Translations under genes and position numbers: made by a program | Part shown: positions 9,134 through 18,148 of the stretch, one piece after another | Numbering within the stretch: position 1 is the first letter of the stretch | How the letters are laid out: each line of letters starts with the position of its first letter | NCBI GenBank assembly: GCA_964460115.1 | Contig: CAYWPR010000001.1 | Span: forward strand, 120,829 to 184,828 | Direction of reading: 5' to 3' | DNA length: 64,000 nucleotides | From: an uncultured Myxococcales bacterium | GTDB lineage: Bacteria > Myxococcota_A > Polyangia > Palsa-1104 > JAEUJZ01 | Notes under the pieces: model-generated | Told to the model about the DNA's origin: nothing | Database searches by the model: none | Seen by the model: only the letters and a program-made list of their open reading frames with translations

Positions 9134-9526
9134 GTGACGACCAGCCTTACTCCGAATGACCGTACCGTGCTTCTCGTCGATGACGACGTTCACAACCAGC
9201 GAATTTTTGATCGGGTGCTGCGCCACTCGGGATTTCATGTGCGCATGGCCGCCACCGGCGATGAGGCCCTGCGTGAGGCCCGCGCCCATCTGCCCGACCT
9301 CATCCTGATGGACCTATCGATTCCGGTGATTGACGGATGGGAATGCTCGCGCCAGCTTAAGGCCGATCCCAAGACCCAGCACATCATCATTTTGGCGCTA
9401 ACCGCCCATGCCATGCGCGGCGATCAGGAACGCGCCATTGCCGCAGGCTGCGATGGCTACCTGGCCAAACCAATCTCACCCAAAAGACTGGTCGAAGAGG
9501 TCAAACAGCGTCTACAAATTAGCTAA
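9134..9526 (+). CDS. stand-alone response regulator receiver (CheY-like) protein
   Basis: Receiver signature VLLVDDDV...LILMDLSIP...ALTAHAMRGDQERAIAAGCDGYLAKP, with conserved Asp and Lys. No output domain. Confidence 0.9.
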   Translation: MTTSLTPNDRTVLLVDDDVHNQRIFDRVLRHSGFHVRMAATGDEALREARAHLPDLILMDLSIPVIDGWECSRQLKADPKTQHIIILALTAHAMRGDQERAIAAGCDGYLAKPISPKRLVEEVKQRLQIS

Positions 9527-9575
9527 TTCGCGTCCCAAATGCGCTGCTTGCATGCGGATCCGCCCATCCGCTCGG

Positions 9576-9649
9576 TGACCGCGGCGCGATTCGAACGCGC
9601 GACCTACTGTTTAGGAAACAGTTGCTCTATCCGGCTGAGCTACGCAGTC
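9576..9649 (-). tRNA. tRNA-Arg (anticodon CCT)
   Basis: The reverse complement reads GACTGCGTAGCTCAGCCGGATAGAGCAACTGTTTCCTAAACAGTAGGTCGCGCGTTCGAATCGCGCCGCGGTCA, with cloverleaf anticodon loop TTCCTAA. ORF 9539..9766 overlapping it is spurious. Confidence 0.85.
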
Positions 9650-9789
9650 CTAGTCCCAAGCAAATCCTGCAGACGGAGCGTCTGCATCTATGACTACTTA
9701 GGCTGTCTTACAGAACGTCGTTCAAATAACACAGGATGCCAGGCTCTGGCAACGTATGCCGCTTGATTCTGCAGAGGTGCTGCGCCAAG

Positions 9790-10977
<1,188 letters not shown>

Positions 10978-11027
10978 GCGCTGTATCGAAGCACTTTCAC
11001 GAAATCTCAAACGGATAGGAACAAGCG

Positions 11028-11420
11028 ATGGCAAAGGACTACCCGGACGATCTGCGTTACACCAAAGACCACGAATGGGTGCGCATCAATGAAACGACCA
11101 AGCGCGCGCTCGTCGGCATCACCAAGTTTGCCGTCGACCAGCTTGGCGATATCACCATGGTCGATCTGCCCAAGGAAGGCGAGTCTTTTCGTCGCGAGCA
11201 GGTGCTAGCCACCGTGGAATCGGTCAAAGCCGTGTCGGACATCTATGCTCCGCTTTCCGGCAAAGTGCTGAAGGTCAACGATCCGGTGCGCGACACTCCA
11301 GAGACGCTGAACGATGACTGCTACGACGAAGGCTGGCTGGTCGAATTGGAGCTTTCCAGCTTGGCCGAAAGCAAAGAATTGATGACCGACGTCGAATACG
11401 AGCAGCACCTTCGCGAATAA
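11028..11420 (+). CDS. gcvH: glycine cleavage system H protein (lipoyl carrier)
   Basis: YTKDHEWVR...ESVKAVSDIYAPLSGKV, with the lipoyl-lysine in the SVKA motif. Confidence 0.9.
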   Translation: MAKDYPDDLRYTKDHEWVRINETTKRALVGITKFAVDQLGDITMVDLPKEGESFRREQVLATVESVKAVSDIYAPLSGKVLKVNDPVRDTPETLNDDCYDEGWLVELELSSLAESKELMTDVEYEQHLRE

Positions 11421-11428
11421 GGACTTCG

Positions 11429-12871
11429 ATGCGCTACATCCCGCATACTGATGCAGACGTCGCAGAGATGCTGCGCGTCATCGGCGCTCAATCGGTTGAC
11501 GCGCTGTTTGCACACATTCCTGCGTCCCTGCGCCCTAGTCGGCCGCTCAACATTGCCGCGCTGGACGAAGCGGCGCTGCTTGCGCATTTGGGCCAAATCG
11601 GTGCTCATAGCGTTCCGGCAGTCGGCGATACGCCTCGCGAATTGGCGGCGCTGTCGTTTTTGGGGGCGGGGCTTGTGCCGCACCACATTCCGACGGCGGT
11701 CGATGCGATGCTATGGCGCGCCGAATGGTATACTTCCTACACGCCCTATCAGCCCGAGGTGGCGCAGGGAACCCTGCAAGCCATTTTTGAATATCAAACC
11801 CTGGTCGCCGAGCTCTTCGGCTCGCCGCCCAGCGCCGGAGCAGCGACTTATATCAGCAACGCCAGCATGTATGACGGCGCGTCGTCGGCTGCCGAAGGTG
11901 TGCTGATGGCCAGGCGGCTAACCGGGCGTTCCGCCGTGCTGTATTGCGGCGCGCTGCATCCGCAGTATGCCGACACCATTAATTGTTATCTGTCGGGGCT
12001 GCGCCGCCCGAATGAAAAGCTCGTGCATCAAGTCGGACTTAGTCCGGCGGGTGACGGGCGCATCGATATGGACGGGCTGGATCGCACGCTCAAAGAGCTT
12101 GGCAATAGCCTGGCCTGCGTGGTCGTGCAGTCGCCCAACTACTTGGGCGTCATTGAAGATCTAAACGCCATCGCCGAGCGAGTGCATGCCGCCGGCGCAC
12201 TTTTGGTGGCCGTGTGCACCGAGCCTTTGGCCATGGGACTGTTGCAGCCGCCCGGAACGCTTGGAGCCGACATCATCTGCGGCGAAGGCATGGGCCTGGC
12301 GCTGCCTCCGACGCTAGGCGGGCCGGGAGTAGGCCTTTTTGCCGCACGCGCCGAATACGCGCGCCAAATGCCTGGACGGCTGGTGGGTGAAACCGTCGAT
12401 CAAAGCGGAAGGCGCGGCTACGTGCTGACATTGGCCACGCGTGAGCAGCACATCCGCCGCGAAAAGGCGACTTCGAACATTTGCACGAACCATGGCCTTA
12501 TCGCGCTGGCATTTACAATTCATCTATCGCTTCTAGGCCGCAGTGGTTTTGTGCGCTTGGCCGAGCTGAATTTGGCCAAAGCCGAATACGCTCGGCAGAA
12601 GCTGTCGCGGCTGAGCGGTTTTCGCTTGGCGGTCAGCGGACCGACTTTCAACGAATTCGCGCTGCGGCTGCGCGGCTCGATAAGTGCAACCACGGTGGTG
12701 GAACGGCTGCGCGAACAAAACATTTTGTGCGGCGTGCCGCTTGGCCAAGCCGGCTTTCGGCTTTCGACCCTGGCCGACGCCGAGCAAGTGCTGCTTATCG
12801 CCGTCAGCGAGCGCCACAAGCGCGAAGACATCGATCGTCTGGTCACCGCTCTTGATGAGGTATGTCCATGA
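11429..12871 (+). CDS. gcvPA: glycine dehydrogenase (decarboxylating) subunit 1
   Basis: N-terminal MRYIPHTDADVAEMLRVIGAQSVDALF and about 480 aa. The split P-protein arrangement is typical. Confidence 0.9.
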   Translation: MRYIPHTDADVAEMLRVIGAQSVDALFAHIPASLRPSRPLNIAALDEAALLAHLGQIGAHSVPAVGDTPRELAALSFLGAGLVPHHIPTAVDAMLWRAEWYTSYTPYQPEVAQGTLQAIFEYQTLVAELFGSPPSAGAATYISNASMYDGASSAAEGVLMARRLTGRSAVLYCGALHPQYADTINCYLSGLRRPNEKLVHQVGLSPAGDGRIDMDGLDRTLKELGNSLACVVVQSPNYLGVIEDLNAIAERVHAAGALLVAVCTEPLAMGLLQPPGTLGADIICGEGMGLALPPTLGGPGVGLFAARAEYARQMPGRLVGETVDQSGRRGYVLTLATREQHIRREKATSNICTNHGLIALAFTIHLSLLGRSGFVRLAELNLAKAEYARQKLSRLSGFRLAVSGPTFNEFALRLRGSISATTVVERLREQNILCGVPLGQAGFRLSTLADAEQVLLIAVSERHKREDIDRLVTALDEVCP

Positions 12872-14370
12872 GCGCCGGTCAAGGCCCCATTTCCACGCGC
12901 CATCCGCTACACCAAGCGGCGTCGATTTTCGAAATCGGCGCCCCCGGACGCAACGGCGCGTCTTTGCCTGAATGCGATGTTCCAGCGGCCGATCCCGCGG
13001 CGCTTTATGGATCGCTGTTTCGTCAAAAGCCTGCGGCTTTGCCCGAGGTGTCCGAGGTCGATGTGACGCGGCATTTTACTCGTCTGTCGCGTTGGAATTA
13101 CGCCATCGACATCGGCATGTATCCGCTGGGCTCGTGCACGATGAAATACAATCCCAAGGTCAACGAACGGGTGGCCCGTTTGCCCGGCTTTGCGGGTGTG
13201 CATCCGGCCCAGCCGATTTCGACGCTACAAGGCGCCTTGGAGCTCATGCACAAGCTGGAAGGCGTCTTGTGCGAGATCTCAGGATTTTCGCGAGTGGCAC
13301 TGCAGACCGCAGCCGGTGCGCATGGCGAGCTTTGCGGCCTGATGATGATTCGCGCTTATCATCAAAGTCGCGGGCGGCATCCCAAAAAAGTGCTGATTCC
13401 CGATTCGGCGCACGGCACCAATCCCGCTTCAGCCAGCCTGAATCAGTTTGAGACGGTACCGCTGAAGACGGGTGTGGACGGCCTTTTGTCGGCGGACAGC
13501 GTCCGGGCAGCGATTGCTGCGCATCCCGACGACATCGCCGGATTGATGATCACCAATCCCTCTACCTTGGGCATTTTTGAAGAGCAAGTTTGCGACATCA
13601 CCGCCGCGGTTCACGCCGCCGGTGGCCTGGTTTATATGGATGGCGCTAACTTCAACGCGCTGCTCGGCAAGCTGCGCCCCGGCGATACCGGCGTTGACTG
13701 CATGCACTTCAACCTGCACAAAACCTTTACTACGCCCCATGGCGGCGGCGGTCCGGGTTGTGGTCCGGTTGGAGTAACCGCGGCGCTGGTCCCATTTTTG
13801 CCAACGCCGACGGTGGAAAAACACGGAGAGAGCTACACCCTAGACTGGAATCGCCCGCAATCGATTGGCCGGCTGCGCAGCTTCTTTGGCAACTTCGGCA
13901 TGATGGTGCGCGCTTATACGTACATTCGCGAGATGGGCGGCGCCGGGCTAACTCGAGCCACCGAGATGGCCGTGCTAAACGCCTGCTATCTGCGCGCGCT
14001 GATTGCGCACGAATATCCGCCGTGCTCGGAACGCCCGTCGATGCATGAAGTCGTGGTCTCGGACAAGAAACTGAAAAAAGAAACCGGCGCCCAAACCTTG
14101 GACATTGCCAAACGGCTGATCGACTACGGCTTTCATCCGCCGACGATCTATTTTCCGCTGGTCGTGCCCGGGGCGATGATGATCGAACCGACCGAGACGG
14201 AAGCCAAAGAAACCATCGACGAGTTCGCGCAAGCGATGCTCGCCATCGCCGAGGAAGCGAAAAAAACTCCAGAGCTTTTGAAAGCCGCGCCGCAACAGAC
14301 CGCCATGCGCCGTTTGGACGAAACTCGCGCCGCGCGCCAGCCCAAGTTGCGCTGGCTGCCCACGCCATAA
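12862..14370 (+). CDS. gcvPB: glycine dehydrogenase (decarboxylating) subunit 2, PLP-binding
   Basis: CMHFNLHKTFTTPHGGGGPG contains the PLP-lysine motif. A 10-nt overlap with gcvPA. Confidence 0.9.
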   Translation: MSMSAGQGPISTRHPLHQAASIFEIGAPGRNGASLPECDVPAADPAALYGSLFRQKPAALPEVSEVDVTRHFTRLSRWNYAIDIGMYPLGSCTMKYNPKVNERVARLPGFAGVHPAQPISTLQGALELMHKLEGVLCEISGFSRVALQTAAGAHGELCGLMMIRAYHQSRGRHPKKVLIPDSAHGTNPASASLNQFETVPLKTGVDGLLSADSVRAAIAAHPDDIAGLMITNPSTLGIFEEQVCDITAAVHAAGGLVYMDGANFNALLGKLRPGDTGVDCMHFNLHKTFTTPHGGGGPGCGPVGVTAALVPFLPTPTVEKHGESYTLDWNRPQSIGRLRSFFGNFGMMVRAYTYIREMGGAGLTRATEMAVLNACYLRALIAHEYPPCSERPSMHEVVVSDKKLKKETGAQTLDIAKRLIDYGFHPPTIYFPLVVPGAMMIEPTETEAKETIDEFAQAMLAIAEEAKKTPELLKAAPQQTAMRRLDETRAARQPKLRWLPTP

Positions 14371-14374
14371 AGTT

Positions 14375-15682
14375 TCACATCGGGCGTTCGCTAATCACGG
14401 CACGCACGATCGAAGTCAGGCCGTCCAGGCCCAAGCTCTTTTGCACCACCGCACGCACGCCCAGTTGCCGCAAAAGCGCCCGATCGCCGCGCGTGCTGCG
14501 CTGCGACAAAACGACCACCGGCAGATCAGTCGTATTTTCCTGACCGCGCAGCGTCGCGCAAACTTCGACTCCGTTTAGCTTGGGAAGCGCCAGATCCATG
14601 ATCACAAGGCCAAGTGGCCCGCGTTGCGCTTCCTCTAGCACCTGATCGCCATCGGTGACCATGATCACTTCGGCATCGGGCGCCGCGGCTTCCACGCACA
14701 TTCGCAACTGATCCAAAACCAGCGGATCCTCATCCGCCACCAGCACGCGCTGCGGCGGCCGGCGCAGCGTTTTGCGATGCGCGGCGATAAGCGCCGCCAT
14801 CAGCTCATCGCAGGTCTGAAATCGATTGCTCGGATCGCGCGCCACCGACTTGAGAACGGTGCGATCAAAGACCTCGGGCAAATCCGGACGAAACACCGAA
14901 GGAGGCATCGGATCCTCTTCTTGGTGTTTGCGCAATACGTCGGCAACTTCGCCGCTGGGAAATGGCAGCTTGCCGGCCATAAGCTCGTAGATGCTCATCC
15001 CCAGCGCATAAACGTCGCAACGGCGCGCTTCTTCAGGCGTGCGCGGACGATGACGAATTTGTTCGGGCGCCAGATAATCCGGCGTACCGATGATGTGAGT
15101 TCCCGAGCCACGCGAATCTGTGGATTTGGCCAGACCAAAATCCATCAGAATCGCTCGCGGCCCCGGCGCAACCATCACGTTGGCCGGTTTGATGTCACGA
15201 TGAATGATTCCGGCAGCATGAACAACCTGCACCGCGCGGCAAAGCTGCAGCGCCAGGCTGACCGCCAGATCCAGCGGAATGGCATCGTGAACGCGCACCG
15301 CTTGCACCAGGTACGAAGCCAGCGTCGGACCGACGATGTACTCCATGACCATATAGGGCACGGTCCGGTGTTCGCCCAGTGAATGCACGTGGACGACATT
15401 TTCATGGCGCACGGCCGCGAGCAATCGCGCCTCACGGCGAAATAGCGCCGCCTGTCCGGGATGTACCGCATGTTCCGGCAGCAGCACTTTGATCGCCACT
15501 TGCCGTTCCAGCGCCAGATCCTCGGCCAGATAGACCGCGCCCATAGCACCTCGGCCGATCTCGCGCACCAGGCGATAATTATCGGCCAATACTTCACCCA
15601 GGCGTGGCGCCCTGTCCGTCGCCTTGGACGAGGCGCTTTCCGCCGCTTTTCCGCTTGGCTGCTTACTATTCGACGGCGGCAT
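14375..15682 (-). CDS. Ser/Thr protein kinase with C-terminal receiver (REC) domain
   Basis: Hanks kinase motifs GRGAMGAVY, AIK, HRDIKPANV, DFGLAK and GTPDYLAPE. C-terminal VLVADEDPLVLDQL...LVIMDLALPKLNGVEV... is a CheY-like receiver with the acceptor Asp. Confidence 0.85.
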   Translation of the reverse strand: MPPSNSKQPSGKAAESASSKATDRAPRLGEVLADNYRLVREIGRGAMGAVYLAEDLALERQVAIKVLLPEHAVHPGQAALFRREARLLAAVRHENVVHVHSLGEHRTVPYMVMEYIVGPTLASYLVQAVRVHDAIPLDLAVSLALQLCRAVQVVHAAGIIHRDIKPANVMVAPGPRAILMDFGLAKSTDSRGSGTHIIGTPDYLAPEQIRHRPRTPEEARRCDVYALGMSIYELMAGKLPFPSGEVADVLRKHQEEDPMPPSVFRPDLPEVFDRTVLKSVARDPSNRFQTCDELMAALIAAHRKTLRRPPQRVLVADEDPLVLDQLRMCVEAAAPDAEVIMVTDGDQVLEEAQRGPLGLVIMDLALPKLNGVEVCATLRGQENTTDLPVVVLSQRSTRGDRALLRQLGVRAVVQKSLGLDGLTSIVRAVISERPM

Positions 15683-15986
15683 CTAGGGTCTGCTCTCGAT
15701 GACCTTAGCCACCTCCGCGCCATTCGGTACTACAACCATGGCTCGACGAGCAGTCACGGAGAGCGGCCCATTCAGTCTAACGCAGGCAGCCCTTTTCGAA
15801 CAATAAAGAATTGTTAATCTAAATTACGCAAATGAATCGATATATACATTTGTGTGGAATTGTGGGTACATATCGAGCGCTACATCGGAGCATATTTTCG
15901 AGGGGAAAGCGCAGAAGGGCGGTTTCGCGCAAGCTTTGGGGCGCGCTGGCACGAAAACCAGCCGCTAAAACTCAGCGACGGAAACG

Positions 15987-16017
15987 AATAAAGCCCTACG
16001 CATGCGCAGGGCTTTAT
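15987..16017 (-). terminator. rho-independent terminator downstream of rpsT; usable on both strands
   Basis: GC-rich hairpin AGCCCTacgcatgcgcAGGGCT, flanked by AATAA on one side and TTTAT on the other. It lies 35 nt beyond the rpsT stop. Confidence 0.6.
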
Positions 16018-16050
16018 GAAACGGAAGAATTGTGAAGAAGAAAGCGCGAG

Positions 16051-16428
16051 CTACTTCTTGGAATCGGTCTTGGCGGGCGCGGCCTTGCGAGCGGGAGCCT
16101 TTTTCACGGCAGGCTTACCGACTTGCGCGGCTTTGGCTTCTACCGCTGCTTTGATGACCGGCTTGGCTTTGTTAATGGCCAAGGTCAGACGCGAAATTTT
16201 GCGAGCCGCCGTTTTCTTGTGAATAACGCCTTTTTGCGCCGCGCGAGCAATTTGCTTCACCGCGCTTTGCACTGTCGCTTCTACAGACTCCGGAGCATCT
16301 TTTGCATGATCCAAAGCATTACGAGCTCGCTTGACGCGCGTCCGCATTGGAACTAGATGACTGAGATTGCGCGCACGGCGCTTGATACGCTGACGATTGC
16401 GTTTTTCAGCAGACTGGACGTTGGCCAA
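16051..16428 (-). CDS. rpsT: 30S ribosomal protein S20 with Lys/Ala-rich C-terminal extension; TTG start
   Basis: N-terminal (M)ANVQSAEKRNRQRIKRRARN matches the S20 consensus MANIKSAEKR. The ORF track extends to a TTG at 16440. Confidence 0.85.
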   Translation of the reverse strand: MANVQSAEKRNRQRIKRRARNLSHLVPMRTRVKRARNALDHAKDAPESVEATVQSAVKQIARAAQKGVIHKKTAARKISRLTLAINKAKPVIKAAVEAKAAQVGKPAVKKAPARKAAPAKTDSKK

Positions 16429-16506
16429 GGGATCCTCCAACAGGCGAAGCTGACTCCGTCTTTACGAAAAAAGACGTAGCCAAATGCCAGCTTTCGCGTG
16501 AAAAAG

Positions 16507-16580
<74 letters not shown>

Positions 16581-16668
16581 TCAGCAAGTCGTGAGCACTT
16601 TACTCGGCTTCTGAAGATTGTCAATAAAAATTCGAGGAATGTGCTTGGCTGCGTACGAATTCGCAGCG

Positions 16669-17364
16669 CTAGACGGGTTTTTGTAGGCTGCCAAATAGCG
16701 CCAGCGTGCGCGTCCACGCATCACACGCCGCATTTCGCCTATATGCTTCGGGCCGCGCATCATTAAAAAAGGCGTGCCCTGCCCCTTCATATTCGATCAC
16801 TTCGGTGGCAATGCCCCGCTCACGCTGTTTTTGGGCAAAAGCTTTGGCGTCGGGCACTGAAAAAAAGGATTCGGATTCGCCAAAAAACAGCAGCCCGGGG
16901 ACTGTAATTTTTTCCAAATCTACCGAGCCTTTGGGCGGAAATCCGTAGAAAGCGGCGTAGGCGTCTATGCCCGGCTGACTGGCAGCAATTGTCGCCAGAG
17001 CCCCGCCCATGCAAAATCCGACAATGGCCACATGGGTGCAGTCTTCGGCTTGACGCAGGTGCATGGCCGCGCCGGCAATTTCTTGTTCCGCCTGAGCCCA
17101 GTTTAGGCCCTTCATAAGATGTGTGGCTTCTTCGGCATCGACGGTACTTTTGCCGTGATACAGATCGGGAGCCAGGGCCACAAAGCCGAGCGCCGCAAAA
17201 CGTCGCGCCACATCCTGTATATGCGGCACGAGCCCCCACCACTCTTGCACGACGATGACCCCGGTCCGAGCCGCTGCCGGCTGCGCCAAATAGCCCTGCG
17301 CGGGCGGCAATTCTCTCCCTGTCTCAGGTCCTGGCCTGCTCGAGAAGCGAATGAGCGACGGCAT
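16669..17364 (-). CDS. dienelactone hydrolase family protein
   Basis: VIVVQEWWGL...GFCMGG (nucleophile elbow)...GAGHAF is the DLH fold signature. Confidence 0.8.
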   Translation of the reverse strand: MPSLIRFSSRPGPETGRELPPAQGYLAQPAAARTGVIVVQEWWGLVPHIQDVARRFAALGFVALAPDLYHGKSTVDAEEATHLMKGLNWAQAEQEIAGAAMHLRQAEDCTHVAIVGFCMGGALATIAASQPGIDAYAAFYGFPPKGSVDLEKITVPGLLFFGESESFFSVPDAKAFAQKQRERGIATEVIEYEGAGHAFFNDARPEAYRRNAACDAWTRTLALFGSLQKPV

Positions 17365-17377
17365 GATTTTGACTCCG

Positions 17378-17725
17378 TTAGCCGGAAGACTGCTTGAGGT
17401 AGCGCATCCGCAGATCGTAAAGCAGACCTTCCAGAACGCGACCCTCTTCAGCAGTCAGATTGCCGCGCGTTTTTTCGCGCAGCATGCCCAAAATGTCGAT
17501 CGTCTGCTTGGCCAGCGGCAGATCGATGGGCGCAGCCGCGACCCCTTCTTCATGTTCGCCAAGGTGCATCAGCGCCGAAGTCGCTAGCGACATAATGAAG
17601 CTGATGAAGTCGATTTCATGACCATTGCCTAAGGCACTGGCCCCGGCATCGCTTGATTCATCAACTCCACCGTTGCCGGTGCCGGGATTCGCTACATCAC
17701 CTGATGGATGCTTGTCGTGGGCCAT
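17378..17725 (-). CDS. DUF1844 domain protein
   Basis: FISFIMSLATSALMHLGE...KQTIDILGMLREKTRGNLTAEEGRVLEGLLYDLRMRY matches the DUF1844 consensus. Confidence 0.7.
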   Translation of the reverse strand: MAHDKHPSGDVANPGTGNGGVDESSDAGASALGNGHEIDFISFIMSLATSALMHLGEHEEGVAAAPIDLPLAKQTIDILGMLREKTRGNLTAEEGRVLEGLLYDLRMRYLKQSSG

Positions 17726-17757
17726 CGCCGCCTCTTCACCTGCGCAAACGACTGACG

Positions 17758-18084
17758 CTATTCGTCGTCGTCTTCATCGTCGTCAAGATCGTCGTCTTCG
17801 TCAAGCAGGTCATCATCATCATCATCATCAAAGTCGTCGAGCAGATCCTTATCGCCGCTCAGTCGACCGGCGCTTGGCGGCGGCGAGACGCGAATCATGG
17901 GGCGCCGTTCGCGCACCCGAAGTTCGGGTTCTTCGGCAGGAACTGAGGGCGTCGACAGATCGGCCACATCCGGCAAAGCGCCAAGATGCGCTTCCAGATC
18001 GGCTCGCGTAAGCTCGCCGCGTCGAACGCGGCGCTCGATCACGCGTACATCCCAAAAGCGAGGGTCGGTGCGCTGAATAATCAT
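17758..18084 (-). CDS. small hypothetical protein with poly-Asp/Glu C-terminal tail; ORF 17758..18435 trimmed to the ATG at 18084
   Basis: MIIQRTDPRFWDVRVIERRVRRGELTRADLEAHL...DDFDDDDDDDLLDEDDDLDDDEDDDE. The upstream part of the long ORF overlaps the C-terminus of the neighbouring gene. Confidence 0.5.
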   Translation of the reverse strand: MIIQRTDPRFWDVRVIERRVRRGELTRADLEAHLGALPDVADLSTPSVPAEEPELRVRERRPMIRVSPPPSAGRLSGDKDLLDDFDDDDDDDLLDEDDDLDDDEDDDE

Positions 18085-18148
18085 AGGGCTTCGATATAAA
18101 ACCGCCGGCGGGCTGCTGTCAACTGCTGGTTCGCTGCAAATTTGGCGC

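Noticed and set aside
9539-9766. 75-aa ORF in the ORF track
   Set aside because: It completely overlaps the tRNA-Arg(CCT) gene on the opposite strand and has no coding signal.
17653-17946. Plus-strand ORF encoding poly-Ile/Val (…VVVFIVVKIVVFVKQVIIIIIIKVV…)
   Set aside because: It is the mirror image of the GAC/GAT-rich acidic-tail coding tract on the minus strand, so it is an artefact of the repeat.
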